DNA of 44,023 nt from Patescibacteria group bacterium (lineage in GTDB: Bacteria > Patescibacteriota > UBA1384 > 2-12-FULL-50-11): positions 1-44,023 of the forward strand of contig JBBDZM010000003.1 in the NCBI GenBank assembly GCA_040900165.1, in the 5' to 3' direction. Positions 22,601 through 34,298 of the stretch are shown here, one piece after another (positions within the stretch are counted from its first letter, which is position 1; each line of letters starts with the position of its first letter). The notes under the pieces were generated by a model. That model was not told the origin of the DNA. It worked only from the letters and a program-made list of their open reading frames with translations, and made no database searches. Made by a program: the position numbers and the translations under genes.

Positions 22601-23431
22601 CAGTACATCGACATCGTCAGCGACGAAATATTGAGCGAAGATTACAAACTGGAGAGCGACTATGTAGCGTCGGTTAAGGAAAAAGATGTCGTTAAAGCCA
22701 AGCAAGCAATTGCTACCTCCCCAGAGAAAAAAGCGATTCGTTCAGGTATAACCGGTCGGGTCAGTATTAAAGGTAAAACTATTACCGTTACCTCAACGGA
22801 ACCGCTCAAAAGCACCTACACTGTTACCGGTGACATAGGGGTACTGGTTAAAAGTGGCGATAAAATCGAAGTTGGCCAGCAACTAACCGAAGGCCACATT
22901 GATCCAAACCAATCGCTTGATTTGCTTGGCGTTGAGAAAACCCAGGATTACATCATTCGCGAGGTTCAAAATATCTATGCGTCTCACGGTGCTGGCGTTA
23001 ATGAAAAACACATTGAAATTATTGCCCGAAGTATGTTCGCGAAAGTCCGCCTGATTGACGGCGGCGATTCATCGCTGTTGCGTGGCCAAGTTGCCAGCCG
23101 ATTAGATATCGACCGAATGAACGAAGAAATGAAGAAAAAGGGCAAACGAATCGCTACCTATGAGCAGATTGTTCTGGGAATTACCCGAGCGTCGCTCCAA
23201 ACCGATAGCTTCTTGTCGGCGGCCTCCTTCCAGGAAACCACCCGAGTCTTGATTGAAGCGGCTATTAAGGGAGCAATTGATCCGCTCCGTGGCCTGAAAG
23301 AAAACGTTATTATCGGCAAACTAATTCCGGCGGGAACTGGTTTCGATCCGGAGATGATTGGTCGGCCAGTAATTCCAGAAAAACGTCCAGTCGTCATGGC
23401 ACCGATTGAAGAAGCACCTAAAACCGAGTAG
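19622..23431 (+). CDS. rpoC: RNA polymerase beta' subunit
   Basis: Zn finger [20 protein letters not shown] catalytic motif, GLKENVIIG. Confidence 0.99.
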   Translation: MPELKMSTRTDKVEFNLLNFEGLRIRVASPDDVERWSYGEVLKPETINYRTQKPERDGLFDERIFGPTKDWECYCGKYKRIRYKGVICDKCGVEVTKSSVRRERMGHIDLAVPVAHIWYVRGVPYTISTVLDISVSDIERVVYFASFIVVSVREDLKEQALAQLDVEYKAAKELLKDSPERLEILEQNYKSTKSDLNSLQPKAVLSEGKFHELSMRFGNIAKVGIGAEAILELLKPFNLDDGIAVVKKELEVAPPAAIRRLTKRLRMMTDLKLAGVKPEWFVINKLPVLPPDLRPMVQLDGGRFASSDLNDLYRRVINRNNRLKRLLNQGAPDVIVRNEKRMLQEAVDALIDNSARKTQTTTIGRQPRSLSDMLRGKQGRFRQNLLGKRVDYSGRSVIVVGPNLKLDQCGLPKIMALELFKPFVISRLINDGYVHNVKNAARLIERGTPEVWEILEDVTKESYVLLNRAPTLHRLGIQAFRPILIEGKAIQLHPLVCAAYNADFDGDQMAVHVPLSTMARHEAKILMSSANNLLKPSSGEPLVAPRLDIVFGLFYLTNINKGVKGEGKAFMSAQDVELAYQRGELNPQAEIEFRINGERIKTSVGRVLINEIFPAEYPYVNDALDTRKLKAIMREIYKLFGIEVTARVADALMSLGFKFAEKSGMTMSIFDIDVPETKKKLIAQGEEAVDVIAKRYRRGLISADERRKLSIEKWSDIRNQMEKEVKDSFKVNSSIWTMVTSGARGSSNQLVQLAGMKGLVVNPSGSIIEVPITSNYKEGLTVLEYFISTHGSRKGKSDTSLKTADAGYLTRRLVDVSQDLVITVEDCATPFSITVIEAESSKYGESYVERLIGRATAEAVKDKAGKTVIKKGEEITEDHIDAIIAAQVTEVKVRSTLHCQAKWGICQKCYGRDLATGNTVKIGTAVGIMAAQAIGEPGTQLTMKTFHMGGVSGGDITSGLPRVEEIFEARPPHNPAILSEISGRVVVHEAKDKQYIDIVSDEILSEDYKLESDYVASVKEKDVVKAKQAIATSPEKKAIRSGITGRVSIKGKTITVTSTEPLKSTYTVTGDIGVLVKSGDKIEVGQQLTEGHIDPNQSLDLLGVEKTQDYIIREVQNIYASHGAGVNEKHIEIIARSMFAKVRLIDGGDSSLLRGQVASRLDIDRMNEEMKKKGKRIATYEQIVLGITRASLQTDSFLSAASFQETTRVLIEAAIKGAIDPLRGLKENVIIGKLIPAGTGFDPEMIGRPVIPEKRPVVMAPIEEAPKTE

Positions 23432-23442
23432 AATTATTGCCG

Positions 23443-23856
23443 ATGCCAACGATTAATCAACTAATCAGAAAACCCCGAAAATCCGTCAAAGCGAAATCAA
23501 AATCGCCGGCGTTGCATCGTGGGTTTAATTCTTTGAAAAATCGCCCAACCGAAACAATGAAAGGCCGTCCGTTTATGCGGGGAGTCTGCGTGAAAGTAAC
23601 AACCATGACACCGAAAAAACCAAACTCGGCTCTGCGAAAAATCGCCCGGGTTCGTTTAACAAGCGGCCAGGAAGTTACAGCCTATATCCCTGGTATCAAG
23701 CACAATCTCCAAGAGCACTCATTAGTACTGGTTCGGGGCGGTCGCGTCAAGGACTTGCCGGGCGTTAAATATCACATCGTCCGTGGCGTTTTGAACGCCG
23801 AAGGTGTTGAAAACCGTAAGCAGGGGCGATCGAAATATGGGAGTAAGAAAAGCTAA
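23443..23856 (+). CDS. rpsL: 30S ribosomal protein S12
   Basis: [25 protein letters not shown]. Confidence 0.98.
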   Translation: MPTINQLIRKPRKSVKAKSKSPALHRGFNSLKNRPTETMKGRPFMRGVCVKVTTMTPKKPNSALRKIARVRLTSGQEVTAYIPGIKHNLQEHSLVLVRGGRVKDLPGVKYHIVRGVLNAEGVENRKQGRSKYGSKKS

Positions 23857-23860
23857 TAAA

Positions 23861-23983
23861 ATGAAAAATACGAATATCGAATATCGAATATCGAAACAAA
23901 TCCAAAGCACTAATCCTAAAAATCAAAACGTTTCGAATTTCGAAATTAGAATTTCGTATTTCCAAACCAGAGGTTTGGTCTGA
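23861..23983 (+). repeat. Heptamer inverted-repeat insert 1 with 40-aa mini-ORF and SD hairpin
   Basis: Arms 23866-23897 / 23930-23961 (26 of 32 complementary; TATCGAA x3); hairpin CCAAACC-AGA-GGTTTGG; ORF ATG 23861 to TGA 23983 overlapping rpsG ATG. Confidence 0.85.
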
Positions 23984-24456
23984 TGCGTGGACGAAGCAAG
24001 ATGAAAAAACCAGTTTTGGTGCTCGAACTTAAATACAACGATCCGCTGGTCTCTAAATTTATCAATAAAATTATGTGGGATGGCAAGAAGGAAACTGCCC
24101 AAAACATTGCCTATGCGGCGCTGGAGAAACTGGCGGCCGAGCTAAAGACCGAGCCAGCACCGTTGCTGCGCGAGGTTATCGAAAAAGCTTCCCCAATTCT
24201 GGAAGTCCGCTCTCGCCGAGTTGGTGGCGCTACCTATCAGGTACCGATGGAAGTCAAACCCGGCCGCAAAACCGTTTTGGTGATGCGCTGGTTACTAGAA
24301 GCCGCCCGGGGCCAAAAGGGTCGCAATATGACCGATGCTCTCTACGGCGAAATGAAAGATATCCTCCAAGACACCGGTAAAGTGATGAAAAAGCGCGAAG
24401 ATTTGCACAAAATGGCCGAAGCCAACCGGGCCTTTGCTCACTTTGCGCGGTACTAA
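23983..24456 (+). CDS. rpsG: 30S ribosomal protein S7
   Basis: EVRSRRVGGATYQVP, HKMAEANRAFAH. Confidence 0.98.
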   Translation: MRGRSKMKKPVLVLELKYNDPLVSKFINKIMWDGKKETAQNIAYAALEKLAAELKTEPAPLLREVIEKASPILEVRSRRVGGATYQVPMEVKPGRKTVLVMRWLLEAARGQKGRNMTDALYGEMKDILQDTGKVMKKREDLHKMAEANRAFAHFARY

Positions 24457-24662
24457 ATGGATTCTTACGGGAGTACTGGACCTAGTTGGAATTGGAAGCA
24501 AACGCTTGCTATTGCACTGATTTCTGCAGTCCTGGCCTATTTTTGGCAGTATCCAAAATTTAATTTTGATTGGAATATATACCTCATAAGGTTTGTGGTC
24601 CTTTACACATTTAGTGGGATGTCAGTAGTACTCCACGATATGTACAAAACAGTAAAAAAATA

Positions 24663-24663
<1 letters not shown>
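24457..24663 (+). CDS. Small two-TM hypothetical protein inserted between rpsG and fusA
   Basis: 68 aa, abuts rpsG stop, TAATG overlap with fusA, two hydrophobic segments. Confidence 0.7.
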
Positions 24664-26759
<2,096 letters not shown>

Positions 26760-26778
26760 AAATATATCTCAAGGGCTG

Positions 26779-26808
26779 TTGACTAGATTACTAATTTACG
26801 GGTACAAT
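26779..26808 (+). promoter_or_regulatory. Putative internal promoter for tuf
   Basis: TTGACT-18 nt-TACAAT; AAGGAG SD before tuf. Confidence 0.55.
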
Positions 26809-26877
26809 TACCCAGAAACTTACTGTAATATATATTTGTTACACTAAAATAAAAGGTTAAGTAAAAGGAGTTAAATA

Positions 26878-28059
26878 ATGGCAGACAAATTTGAACGCAA
26901 CAAGCCCCACGTTAACGTCGGTACAATCGGCCACGTTGACCATGGAAAAACTACCTTGACCGCTGCGATTACCAACGTACTCGCTAAGTCCGGCAAGGCA
27001 GAGAAGCGGGCCGTCGATCAGATCGACAACGCCCCCGAAGAAAAACAACGCGGTATTACCATTGCCACCTATCACGTTGAGTATGAGTCCGACAAGCGTC
27101 ACTACGCCCACGTCGACTGTCCCGGCCACGCCGACTACGTTAAAAACATGATCACTGGCGCCGCCCAGATGGATGCGGCTATTTTGGTCGTTTCCGCACC
27201 GGATGGCCCAATGCCCCAGACTCGCGAGCATATTTTACTAGCCAAACAGGTTGGCGTTCCTTACATCGTCGTCTTCTTAAACAAGTGCGACCAAGTTACT
27301 GACCCAGAACTTCTGGAGTTAGTCGAGGAAGAAATCCGTGATCTGTTAACCAAGAACGAATACCCAGGCAAAGAGACCCCAATCATTAAGGGATCGGCCC
27401 TGAAAGCTTTGGAAGGTGATGCCGATGCTGAGAAATCAATTCTTGAGCTAATTGAAGCCATTGACACCTACGTTCCGGATCCAGTTCGTGAGACCGACAA
27501 ACCATTCCTTATGCCAGTTGAAGACGTTTTCTCGATCAAAGGACGCGGAACAGTTGTTACCGGCCGAATTGAGCGAGGAACCGTTAAAGTTGGCGAAGAA
27601 GTCGAGCTCGTTGGTATTCGCGCAACTCAAAAAACTACCGTTACTGGCGTAGAGATGTTCCGTAAACAGCTAGACTCTGGTCAAGCTGGTGATAACGTTG
27701 GCTTGCTAGTGCGTGGTTTAGAGCGCACCGACGTTGAGCGCGGCCAAGTTATGGCCAAGCCCGGTTCCGTTACTCCCCACACCGAATTTGAGTGTGAGGC
27801 CTACGTCTTGAAAAAAGAAGAAGGCGGCCGCCACACCCCATTTGCTAAGGGCTACAAACCGCAGTTCTATTTCCGAACAACTGATGTAACTGGCGAAGTT
27901 CACCTACCAGAGGGTCAAGAGATGGTCGTCCCCGGTGATACCACAACCTTCAAAGTTGTTCTGATCCAGCCAATTGCCATGGAAGAAAAGCTTCGCTTTG
28001 CTATCCGCGAGGGCGGTAAGACAGTTGGCGCCGGCATAGTCACTAAGATTATTAAGTAA
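26878..28059 (+). CDS. tuf: Elongation factor Tu
   Basis: [35 protein letters not shown]. Confidence 0.99.
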   Translation: MADKFERNKPHVNVGTIGHVDHGKTTLTAAITNVLAKSGKAEKRAVDQIDNAPEEKQRGITIATYHVEYESDKRHYAHVDCPGHADYVKNMITGAAQMDAAILVVSAPDGPMPQTREHILLAKQVGVPYIVVFLNKCDQVTDPELLELVEEEIRDLLTKNEYPGKETPIIKGSALKALEGDADAEKSILELIEAIDTYVPDPVRETDKPFLMPVEDVFSIKGRGTVVTGRIERGTVKVGEEVELVGIRATQKTTVTGVEMFRKQLDSGQAGDNVGLLVRGLERTDVERGQVMAKPGSVTPHTEFECEAYVLKKEEGGRHTPFAKGYKPQFYFRTTDVTGEVHLPEGQEMVVPGDTTTFKVVLIQPIAMEEKLRFAIREGGKTVGAGIVTKIIK

Positions 28060-28081
28060 TCACTAAAAAGGACGCACATTA

Positions 28082-28414
28082 ATGGCAAAATCAGCCGCTC
28101 TCGATGCAGCAAAACAATCAATCCGGATTAAGCTTAAGGCTTACGACTATCGGGTAATCGATCGTTCTGCTAAGAAAATCATCGAGGCGGCTGAGCGCAC
28201 GGGCGCCATTATTGCTGGTCCGATTCCACTGCCAACCGAGAAATCGCTGGTGACAGTCAACCGTTCAACGTTCGTCCACAAGGACGCTCGTGAGCAGTTC
28301 GAGATCCGAATTCACAAGCGAATTATTGATGTTTTAGACCCGACTCCTAAGACCTTAGACGCACTAATGAACCTTGATTTGCCCGCGGGAGTAGATATAG
28401 AGATAAAGACGTAA
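28082..28414 (+). CDS. rpsJ: 30S ribosomal protein S10
   Basis: [26 protein letters not shown]. Confidence 0.98.
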   Translation: MAKSAALDAAKQSIRIKLKAYDYRVIDRSAKKIIEAAERTGAIIAGPIPLPTEKSLVTVNRSTFVHKDAREQFEIRIHKRIIDVLDPTPKTLDALMNLDLPAGVDIEIKT

Positions 28415-28434
28415 TACTTAACTGATAGTAACTC

Positions 28435-28469
28435 GCAAAAACCCGCCCGTAACTCCGGCGGGGTTTTGC
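28435..28469 (+). terminator. Intrinsic terminator after rpsJ
   Basis: GCAAAAACCCGCC...GGCGGGGTTTTGC. Confidence 0.7.
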
Positions 28470-28514
28470 TAAAAGGGGATATTGACTGCCGTAGAAAGAG
28501 GGTACAATAAATGC

Positions 28515-29066
28515 ATGAAAACAAATATCTTGCTCGCAGCGTTGGTGCTAGTAGCTTTAGCGGTCGGTAGCTGGGTTGGCTACGACATTGGTTTTGAGAA
28601 ATCAAAGAAAAACGGAGCAACCGTTCTGGCTGTTAGCGATTTTGACGACTGCGTTGGGCAGACAGGGACAGTAGCCGAAAGTTATCCGGCCCAATGTAGT
28701 ATTGGCGGTAAAACTTTTACCCAAGATATCGGCAATGAACTGGAAAAGGCCGATTTAATCAAAATCGATTCTCCCCGTCCAAACGCCGTGATTACCAGCC
28801 CCTTAACCATCAAAGGCCAAGCCCGCGGCACATGGTTCTTTGAGGCCAGCTTCCCGGTTCATCTTTACGATGCCAATGACAAACAGATTGCCGTTAAGCC
28901 AGCAATGACCAGCGAGAATTGGATGAGCGAAGATTTTGTAAGCTATGAGGTAGTGCTAACTTTCAAAAAGCCAACTACCAAAACCGGCTATTTACTACTC
29001 AAGAACGATAATCCCTCTGGATTGCCAGAGAACGACGACTTCCTAAAAGTACCAGTTAAGTTTTAA
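28515..29066 (+). CDS. Membrane-anchored protein with Gmad2-like Ig domain
   Basis: N-terminal TM, ESYPAQC motif, SPLTIKGQARGTWFFEASFPV, DNPSGLPEN. Confidence 0.8.
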   Translation: MKTNILLAALVLVALAVGSWVGYDIGFEKSKKNGATVLAVSDFDDCVGQTGTVAESYPAQCSIGGKTFTQDIGNELEKADLIKIDSPRPNAVITSPLTIKGQARGTWFFEASFPVHLYDANDKQIAVKPAMTSENWMSEDFVSYEVVLTFKKPTTKTGYLLLKNDNPSGLPENDDFLKVPVKF

Positions 29067-29089
29067 AAGCACCCAAGAGGGGTGCTTTT
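29065..29089. terminator. Bidirectional terminator between convergent genes
   Basis: AAAAGCACCC-AAGAG-GGGTGCTTTT. Confidence 0.75.
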
Positions 29090-29279
29090 ATGAGTAGCGG
29101 GCAAGCACGGCACAGATTGACGCGGCCAAAATGGTCAACAGGAACAGGGTTCCAAAGTATCTACTGGAGTTTCTGTTGTGGCTGCCCCGCATTTTGATAT
29201 TTTCCCAGCAAAATGCGAAGAATATTGCGAGTATTGCGAAGAAGACGGCAAGGATCGTAGCGACAAATTTCATTTTCAC
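29088..29279 (-). CDS. Small two-TM hypothetical protein
   Basis: Two hydrophobic helices, ends at the shared terminator. Confidence 0.55.
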   Translation of the reverse strand: MKMKFVATILAVFFAILAIFFAFCWENIKMRGSHNRNSSRYFGTLFLLTILAASICAVLARYS

Positions 29280-29356
29280 CTACAAAACAGAGTTATTGTA
29301 CAAAATAAGCAAACAATATTAAAGACTAAAGCCAATATTTTTGGTAAAGATGTGGT

Positions 29357-29881
29357 ATGGAAACGGCAATTTTTGGCGGTGGATGCTTTTGGTGCACAGA
29401 GGCGGTTTTCAAGATGCTTAAAGGTGTTGAGCAAGTTGAGCCGGGCTACGCTGGCGGAACAACAATCAATCCCAATTATCAAAATATTGGCGATCATGCT
29501 GAGGTAATTAAGATTGAATTTAACCCAGCGATTATTAAATATGTTGATTTACTGACGGTTTTCTTTGCCAGCCATGACCCGACTACTGTCGACCGACAGG
29601 GCGCTGATGTTGGGACGCAATACCGCTCGGTTATTTTATCGACCACCCCCGCCCAAAAGAACGAAGCAGAGGGGTTTATCGAAGAGCTAAACAAATCTTC
29701 AGAGTTTGGAGAGCCAATCGTCACAGCTGTCGAACCGTTGGAGCAGTATTACCCGGCCGAGGACTACCACCAAAATTACTTTGAGCGGAATCAAAACGCC
29801 CCGTATTGCCAGGTGGTAATTAATCCCAAGCTAAAAAAGGTCAAAGAGAAATTTGCGGCGCTTTTGAACGAAACACCGTAG
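29357..29881 (+). CDS. msrA: Peptide-methionine (S)-S-oxide reductase
   Basis: GGGCFWCTE, GYAGG, QGADVGTQYRS, AEDYHQNY. Confidence 0.96.
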   Translation: METAIFGGGCFWCTEAVFKMLKGVEQVEPGYAGGTTINPNYQNIGDHAEVIKIEFNPAIIKYVDLLTVFFASHDPTTVDRQGADVGTQYRSVILSTTPAQKNEAEGFIEELNKSSEFGEPIVTAVEPLEQYYPAEDYHQNYFERNQNAPYCQVVINPKLKKVKEKFAALLNETP

Positions 29882-29936
29882 TTTTGTGATAGTATTGCCC
29901 CGAACGACTGCCGGTCAGTCGCGCACCTGGAGAGAT

Positions 29937-30158
29937 ATGGATACTGGTGTCAACAACTACAACGTTAATAGTTGCATTCTCAGGCAATTGGTTATGGTTG
30001 TCCCACACAAGGAAGGGACCCGGAAACCGCTAAAGCCGCTGGTACTCGGCGAATTACCGGATGCTGTCGTTGAGTGTTTTCTACGGAGGGCAGGAGACGA
30101 ACCGGTTAGTATGTCCAGCGAGGAATTCGTTGGTTGCCAGACTTACGCTCGGCGGTGA
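29937..30158 (+). CDS. Hypothetical protein
   Basis: GGAG before ATG 29937, 73 aa, followed by hairpin 30169-30190; no motif. Confidence 0.4.
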   Translation: MDTGVNNYNVNSCILRQLVMVVPHKEGTRKPLKPLVLGELPDAVVECFLRRAGDEPVSMSSEEFVGCQTYARR

Positions 30159-30195
30159 AAAACAACAATGGCTCCGCAATAGCGGGGCCAGATTC

Positions 30196-30224
30196 TTGAC
30201 ATTTACTCTGTTATATGCTATGAT
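30196..30224 (+). promoter_or_regulatory. Near-consensus sigma70 promoter with extended -10
   Basis: TTGACA-17 nt-TATGAT with TG at the extended -10 position. Confidence 0.7.
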
Positions 30225-30230
30225 TTTCTT

Positions 30231-30329
30231 AGATCTGGCACATGAGGCCATTCCCGTACTGCCGTGGTTGCGCGGATAAACAGGGCGGGAAAAAGATCCT
30301 CCGGGGCTCATTGCCCCGGTTTTTATTTT
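30231..30329 (+). ncRNA. Candidate ~95-nt structured sRNA or attenuated leader
   Basis: Lies between that promoter and terminator CCGGGGC-TCATT-GCCCCGG-TTTTT (30301-30324); nested stems GATCT/AGATC, TTCCCG/CGGGAA, CCGTG/CGCGG. Confidence 0.5.
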
Positions 30330-30375
30330 GTGAGGTCTTTGAGTGCTACACCACACAATATTTCGTCCAACTTTC

Positions 30376-30404
30376 TTGACTTCTACCCTGATTCATTAGA
30401 TAAT
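30376..30404 (+). promoter_or_regulatory. Putative promoter of the rplC cluster
   Basis: TTGACT-17 nt-GATAAT, followed by leader hairpin ATATTCAACC/GGTTGAGTGT. Confidence 0.5.
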
Positions 30405-30476
30405 ATCTAAGCATATTCAACCTGTTAGGCGGTTGAGTGTTTCAATTTTCTCAATATGAATTGTTTATCAAACTAA

Positions 30477-31052
30477 ATGAAATTACTTTTAGGCCATAAA
30501 ATTGGTATGACCCAGATTTGGGACAATAACGGCAAGCTAATCGCGGCGACTGTTATTAAAGCCGAGCCAAATGTGGTTATTAAAGAAAAAGACCAAACTA
30601 AGTTAGCCGTTGCGGTTGATGGGAAAACCAACAAAGCCCAAGGCTATTTAGCCAAGAAGCTCGGAACCAAACTTGGTGTTTGGATTAAATCCGCCCAGGG
30701 AATCGAGAGTGATTCGGGGACTGTCGATGTTGGCCAATTTAGTGTTGGTGATAACGTCTCAATTACCGGTACCACCAAAGGCAAGGGTTTTGCAGGAACA
30801 ATTAAACGACACAACTTCCATCGTGGCCCGATGACTCACGGCTCACACAATATTCGCCAGCCCGGCTCGATTGGTGCCCAGCGCCCCCAGCGTGTTCCGA
30901 AAGGCCAAAAAATGCCCGGTCATATGGGTAATGTTCAGTTTACCGCTCGGGGAAACAAGGTAATAATAGTTGATCAAGAAGACAACTTGCTAATAGTTGC
31001 TGGCGCTGTGCCCGGACCAAATCGTGGGAAAGTCATTATTAAAGGAACCTAA
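30477..31052 (+). CDS. rplC: 50S ribosomal protein L3
   Basis: KIGMTQIW, GKGFAGTIKRHNF, KMPGHMG. Confidence 0.97.
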   Translation: MKLLLGHKIGMTQIWDNNGKLIAATVIKAEPNVVIKEKDQTKLAVAVDGKTNKAQGYLAKKLGTKLGVWIKSAQGIESDSGTVDVGQFSVGDNVSITGTTKGKGFAGTIKRHNFHRGPMTHGSHNIRQPGSIGAQRPQRVPKGQKMPGHMGNVQFTARGNKVIIVDQEDNLLIVAGAVPGPNRGKVIIKGT

Positions 31053-31669
31053 TGGCTAAGGTAAACACGGCACTCATTAAGCAAGCCCTCTTAAGCCTCC
31101 AGGCCAACAGCCGCCAGGCAACTTCCCACGTTAAAAACCGGGCCGAAGTTTCCGGTGGCGGACGCAAACCCTGGCGACAAAAAGGGACTGGCCGGGCCCG
31201 TGCCGGATCAAACCGCTCACCGCTATGGGCCGGCGGTGGTATTACCTTTGGACCGGATAAAAATCGTCATTTTAAACAGCATTTGCCAAAGAAAATGGCT
31301 CGCAAAGCCCTGATTGAGCTCCTAAATTACCTAAAAGACGAGAAGCGCCTAATAATTGTTAAAACACTTTCGCTCAACGAGGCCAAGACCAAATCGGCAC
31401 AAAAACTTCTTTCAGACAACGGCGTCACGGGGAAAAAAGTCACGTTAGTAACAGAAAAAATTGAGCCAGAGTTAGTCTTGGCTACCCGCAATCTTCGGGG
31501 CATCAAAACTGTCACTGTTATCGATCTGTCTATTCTTGATGTTAATGCCGGTGTTACCCTTGTCGACGAAGGATCGGCTAAATCCCTTGGGTTAGTAAAA
31601 ACCGAAACAGTCAAAAAGACCTCTGCCAAAAAACCGGTCGAAACAACCGAGGAGGGTAAATTACAATGA
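31052..31669 (+). CDS. rplD: 50S ribosomal protein L4 (short N-terminus)
   Basis: RAEVSGGGRKPWRQKGTGRARAGS. Confidence 0.97.
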   Translation: MAKVNTALIKQALLSLQANSRQATSHVKNRAEVSGGGRKPWRQKGTGRARAGSNRSPLWAGGGITFGPDKNRHFKQHLPKKMARKALIELLNYLKDEKRLIIVKTLSLNEAKTKSAQKLLSDNGVTGKKVTLVTEKIEPELVLATRNLRGIKTVTVIDLSILDVNAGVTLVDEGSAKSLGLVKTETVKKTSAKKPVETTEEGKLQ

Positions 31670-31977
31670 AAAGTATTATTGCCCCAGTAATGACGGAAAA
31701 ATCAGTTATCGCCATCGATAGCGGTCTCTATGTTTTTTCAATCGACCAAACGGCAACCAAAAACTCCATTGCTGATGTACTAAAGAAACTTTACGACGTT
31801 AAGGCCATTTCGGTTAGAATTGTTAATTTGCCAGCCAAAAAAGTTAATTTTAAGCGCAAACCTGGTGTACGAGCGGCTCGCCGCAAGGCCTATGTCCAGT
31901 TAGCACCAAAACAGCATATTCCCGGATTCGAGCTGCCTAAAGATAAGGATAAAGACAAAGACAAGGATAAGAAATGA
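31666..31977 (+). CDS. rplW: 50S ribosomal protein L23
   Basis: PVMTEKS, RKAYVQL, operon position. Confidence 0.95.
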   Translation: MKSIIAPVMTEKSVIAIDSGLYVFSIDQTATKNSIADVLKKLYDVKAISVRIVNLPAKKVNFKRKPGVRAARRKAYVQLAPKQHIPGFELPKDKDKDKDKDKK

Positions 31978-32123
31978 TTATGACAAACTCTAAACACCAA
32001 ATTCTCCCTCGACTCCGCTCGGGACAAGTAAACTCTAATAAAATTCAAAATCTAAATCTTCAAATCCCAATTAGGATTTCGAATTTCGAGTTTAGAGTTT
32101 TCCTCACCGGAGGTGCGGTGTGA
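31974..32123 (+). repeat. Heptamer inverted-repeat insert 2 with 49-aa mini-ORF and SD hairpin
   Basis: Arms 31985-32039 (minus a 24-nt insertion) / 32070-32100 (26 of 31 complementary); hairpin CCtCACC-GGA-GGTGcGG; ORF from ATGA overlap with rplW to TGATG overlap with rplB. Confidence 0.85.
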
Positions 32124-32950
32124 TGCCTCGCTCAATTAAACCAACTACCCCAGCAGTCCGCCATATGACATACGGCGATTTCGAGACCCTCACCAAGAAA
32201 CGACCAGAAAAGTCGTTAACATTTCGACTGAAAAAACACGGCGGCCGAGACAATACTGGTCAGATCTCTGTTCGACATCAGGGCGGCGGTGCCAAACGGC
32301 TTTTTCGGATAATTGATTTCAAATTTCTGCCATTTGAAGGTGCTGCCAAAGTTACTGCCGTTGAATACGACCCTAACCGTAGTGCCTTCATTGCTCTGAT
32401 TGAGATGCCCGACAGTACCAAGCGATATATCTTAGCGCCAGACGGCATTAAAATCGGTGACTTGGTTACTAGTGGCAAAACGAAGAAGTTTACTGTTGGT
32501 TCGCGCTTAAAATTGGCGGATATCCCGGTTGGGTATGAGGTTTACAACGTCGAGTTAAATCCTGGCCAAGGGGGTAAGATGATCCGCACTGCTGGTTCGT
32601 CAGCCACAATCACCGCCAAAGACGGTAAATACGTTTTTCTCAAGCTCGCTTCTTCGGAAATCCGCAAAGTCCTGGTAGAATGTATGGCGTCGATCGGTAA
32701 GGTTTCTAACCCAACCCACAACCGTATTCGTATCGCCAGAGCTGGCCGATCTCGCCACATGGGCATCCGTCCGACCGTCCGCGGTAAGGCAATGAACCCG
32801 AACTCTCACCCCCATGGTGGCGGTGAAGGTGTTAACCCGATCGGAATGAAACATCCCAAAACCCCTTGGGGTAAGCCAGCGCTCGGGTACCGTACCCGCC
32901 GCAACAAACGGACCACCAAATATATTATTAGTCGGAGAAAGAAAAAGTAA
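32123..32950 (+). CDS. rplB: 50S ribosomal protein L2
   Basis: [26 protein letters not shown]. Confidence 0.98.
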   Translation: MPRSIKPTTPAVRHMTYGDFETLTKKRPEKSLTFRLKKHGGRDNTGQISVRHQGGGAKRLFRIIDFKFLPFEGAAKVTAVEYDPNRSAFIALIEMPDSTKRYILAPDGIKIGDLVTSGKTKKFTVGSRLKLADIPVGYEVYNVELNPGQGGKMIRTAGSSATITAKDGKYVFLKLASSEIRKVLVECMASIGKVSNPTHNRIRIARAGRSRHMGIRPTVRGKAMNPNSHPHGGGEGVNPIGMKHPKTPWGKPALGYRTRRNKRTTKYIISRRKKK

Positions 32951-33267
32951 TGTCACGTTCAGTTAAAAAAGGTCCATTCGTGGACGAAAAGCTACTAAAA
33001 AAAATCAAAGATATGCCGGCTGGGTCGCGGACAGTGATTAAAACGTGGTCACGTTCGTCAACGATTTTCCCCGAGATGGTTGGACACACTATCGCTATCC
33101 ATAACGGCAAAAGCCACATCCCGGTATTAATTGTCGAAGAAATGGTCGGCCATAAGCTGGGTGAGTTCTCTCCGACTCGCAAATTCCGTGTCCACGGCGG
33201 TCGGATGGCCAAAGAAGAAGCCACCACCACTGCCCCAGCTGTTGCCCCAACTAAGGAGAATAAATAA
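32950..33267 (+). CDS. rpsS: 30S ribosomal protein S19
   Basis: [23 protein letters not shown]. Confidence 0.98.
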   Translation: MSRSVKKGPFVDEKLLKKIKDMPAGSRTVIKTWSRSSTIFPEMVGHTIAIHNGKSHIPVLIVEEMVGHKLGEFSPTRKFRVHGGRMAKEEATTTAPAVAPTKENK

Positions 33268-33644
33268 TGGCCGTTACAGTGAAATTAAAATTTGTTAGAC
33301 ACTCCGCCCGAAAGCTGACTCCAGTTGCTCGAATTTTTCGAGGAAAAAATCTAGAGAGAGCAATTGAAGAAACTTCGCTGATGCCTCAGCAGTCCGCTTA
33401 TTACATTAATAAAGCTCTGAAAATGGCTAAGGCCGCTGCCACCGCTAAGGAATTTAAAGCCGAAGATCTAGTCGTTACCAGTGTCTCTTCTGTCACTGGG
33501 CCAAAAATTAAACGGGTTCGTCCCAATGCCCGTGGTCGCACCAATGCTTACCTAAAGCACCTCGCCCATATTATTGTGACAGTTGATAATACACCTCCGG
33601 CTAAATCAAAGCGCGCCAAGAGCGACAAAAAGGATAAGGAGTAA
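33267..33644 (+). CDS. rplV: 50S ribosomal protein L22
   Basis: SARK, KRVRPNARGR, HIIVTV, operon position. Confidence 0.93.
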   Translation: MAVTVKLKFVRHSARKLTPVARIFRGKNLERAIEETSLMPQQSAYYINKALKMAKAAATAKEFKAEDLVVTSVSSVTGPKIKRVRPNARGRTNAYLKHLAHIIVTVDNTPPAKSKRAKSDKKDKE

Positions 33645-33647
33645 AAA

Positions 33648-34298
33648 ATGGGACAAAAGATTAACCCAATCAGCAACCGGATCTCCATCAACCCAAATTG
33701 GCAGAGTAAGTGGTTTGCCCGAGGAAACTACAAGAAATACTTAGTAGACGATTTTAAGATCCGCGACTTTATTAAAGAAAAACTCGCCAATGCGGGCCTG
33801 CGCCGAGTGGAGATTATCCGTTCCCGTGACCGATTAACTATCCAAGTGGTTACCAGCAAGCCTGGTTTGGTTATTGGCCGCGGTGGACAGGGGATTAACA
33901 CTCTCAAAGACGAAGTTCAATCCAAATTTTATCCCGCCAAACAACCAATTGTCCGACTGGATATTGTCGAAGATCGCCAGCCAGACCTTTCAGCAACGCT
34001 AGTTGGCCAGAATATTGGTAATCAGATTGAACGACGGATCCCTTACCGACGAGCCTGTAAACAAGCGATTGAGCGATCAATGGCTAGCGGCGCCAAAGGG
34101 ATAAAAATAATTGTTTCTGGTCGTCTTAATGGAGCAGAAATTGCCCGAACAGAGAAATTCCAGGACGGCTCAATCCCCCTGTCGCGTTTTGAATTTGATA
34201 TCGACTACGATATCTACCATGCCCAAACAACCTACGGGGTAACTGGCGTTAAAGTTTGGCTCAACCGTGGCAAGTTCGAGGACAAGGAAGAGGCCTAA
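33648..34298 (+). CDS. rpsC: 30S ribosomal protein S3
   Basis: MGQKINP, PGLVIGRGG, GRLNGAEIAR. Confidence 0.98.
   Translation: MGQKINPISNRISINPNWQSKWFARGNYKKYLVDDFKIRDFIKEKLANAGLRRVEIIRSRDRLTIQVVTSKPGLVIGRGGQGINTLKDEVQSKFYPAKQPIVRLDIVEDRQPDLSATLVGQNIGNQIERRIPYRRACKQAIERSMASGAKGIKIIVSGRLNGAEIARTEKFQDGSIPLSRFEFDIDYDIYHAQTTYGVTGVKVWLNRGKFEDKEEA

Noticed and set aside
23866-23961. Heptamer arrays as CRISPR or simple VNTR
   Set aside because: No repeat-spacer alternation and no cas genes; the arrays are inverted rather than simple tandem repeats
23722-23965. Minus-strand ORFs over insert 1 (62 and 66 aa)
   Set aside because: Antisense to rpsL; produced by the low-complexity repeat
28482-28508. 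TTGACT...TACAAT promoter before the Gmad2-like gene
   Set aside because: Spacer is only 15 nt; not listed as a feature, although the -10 may be real
31939-31974. KDKDKDKDKK tail of L23 as a DNA repeat
   Set aside because: Codons vary; ordinary low-complexity charged tail
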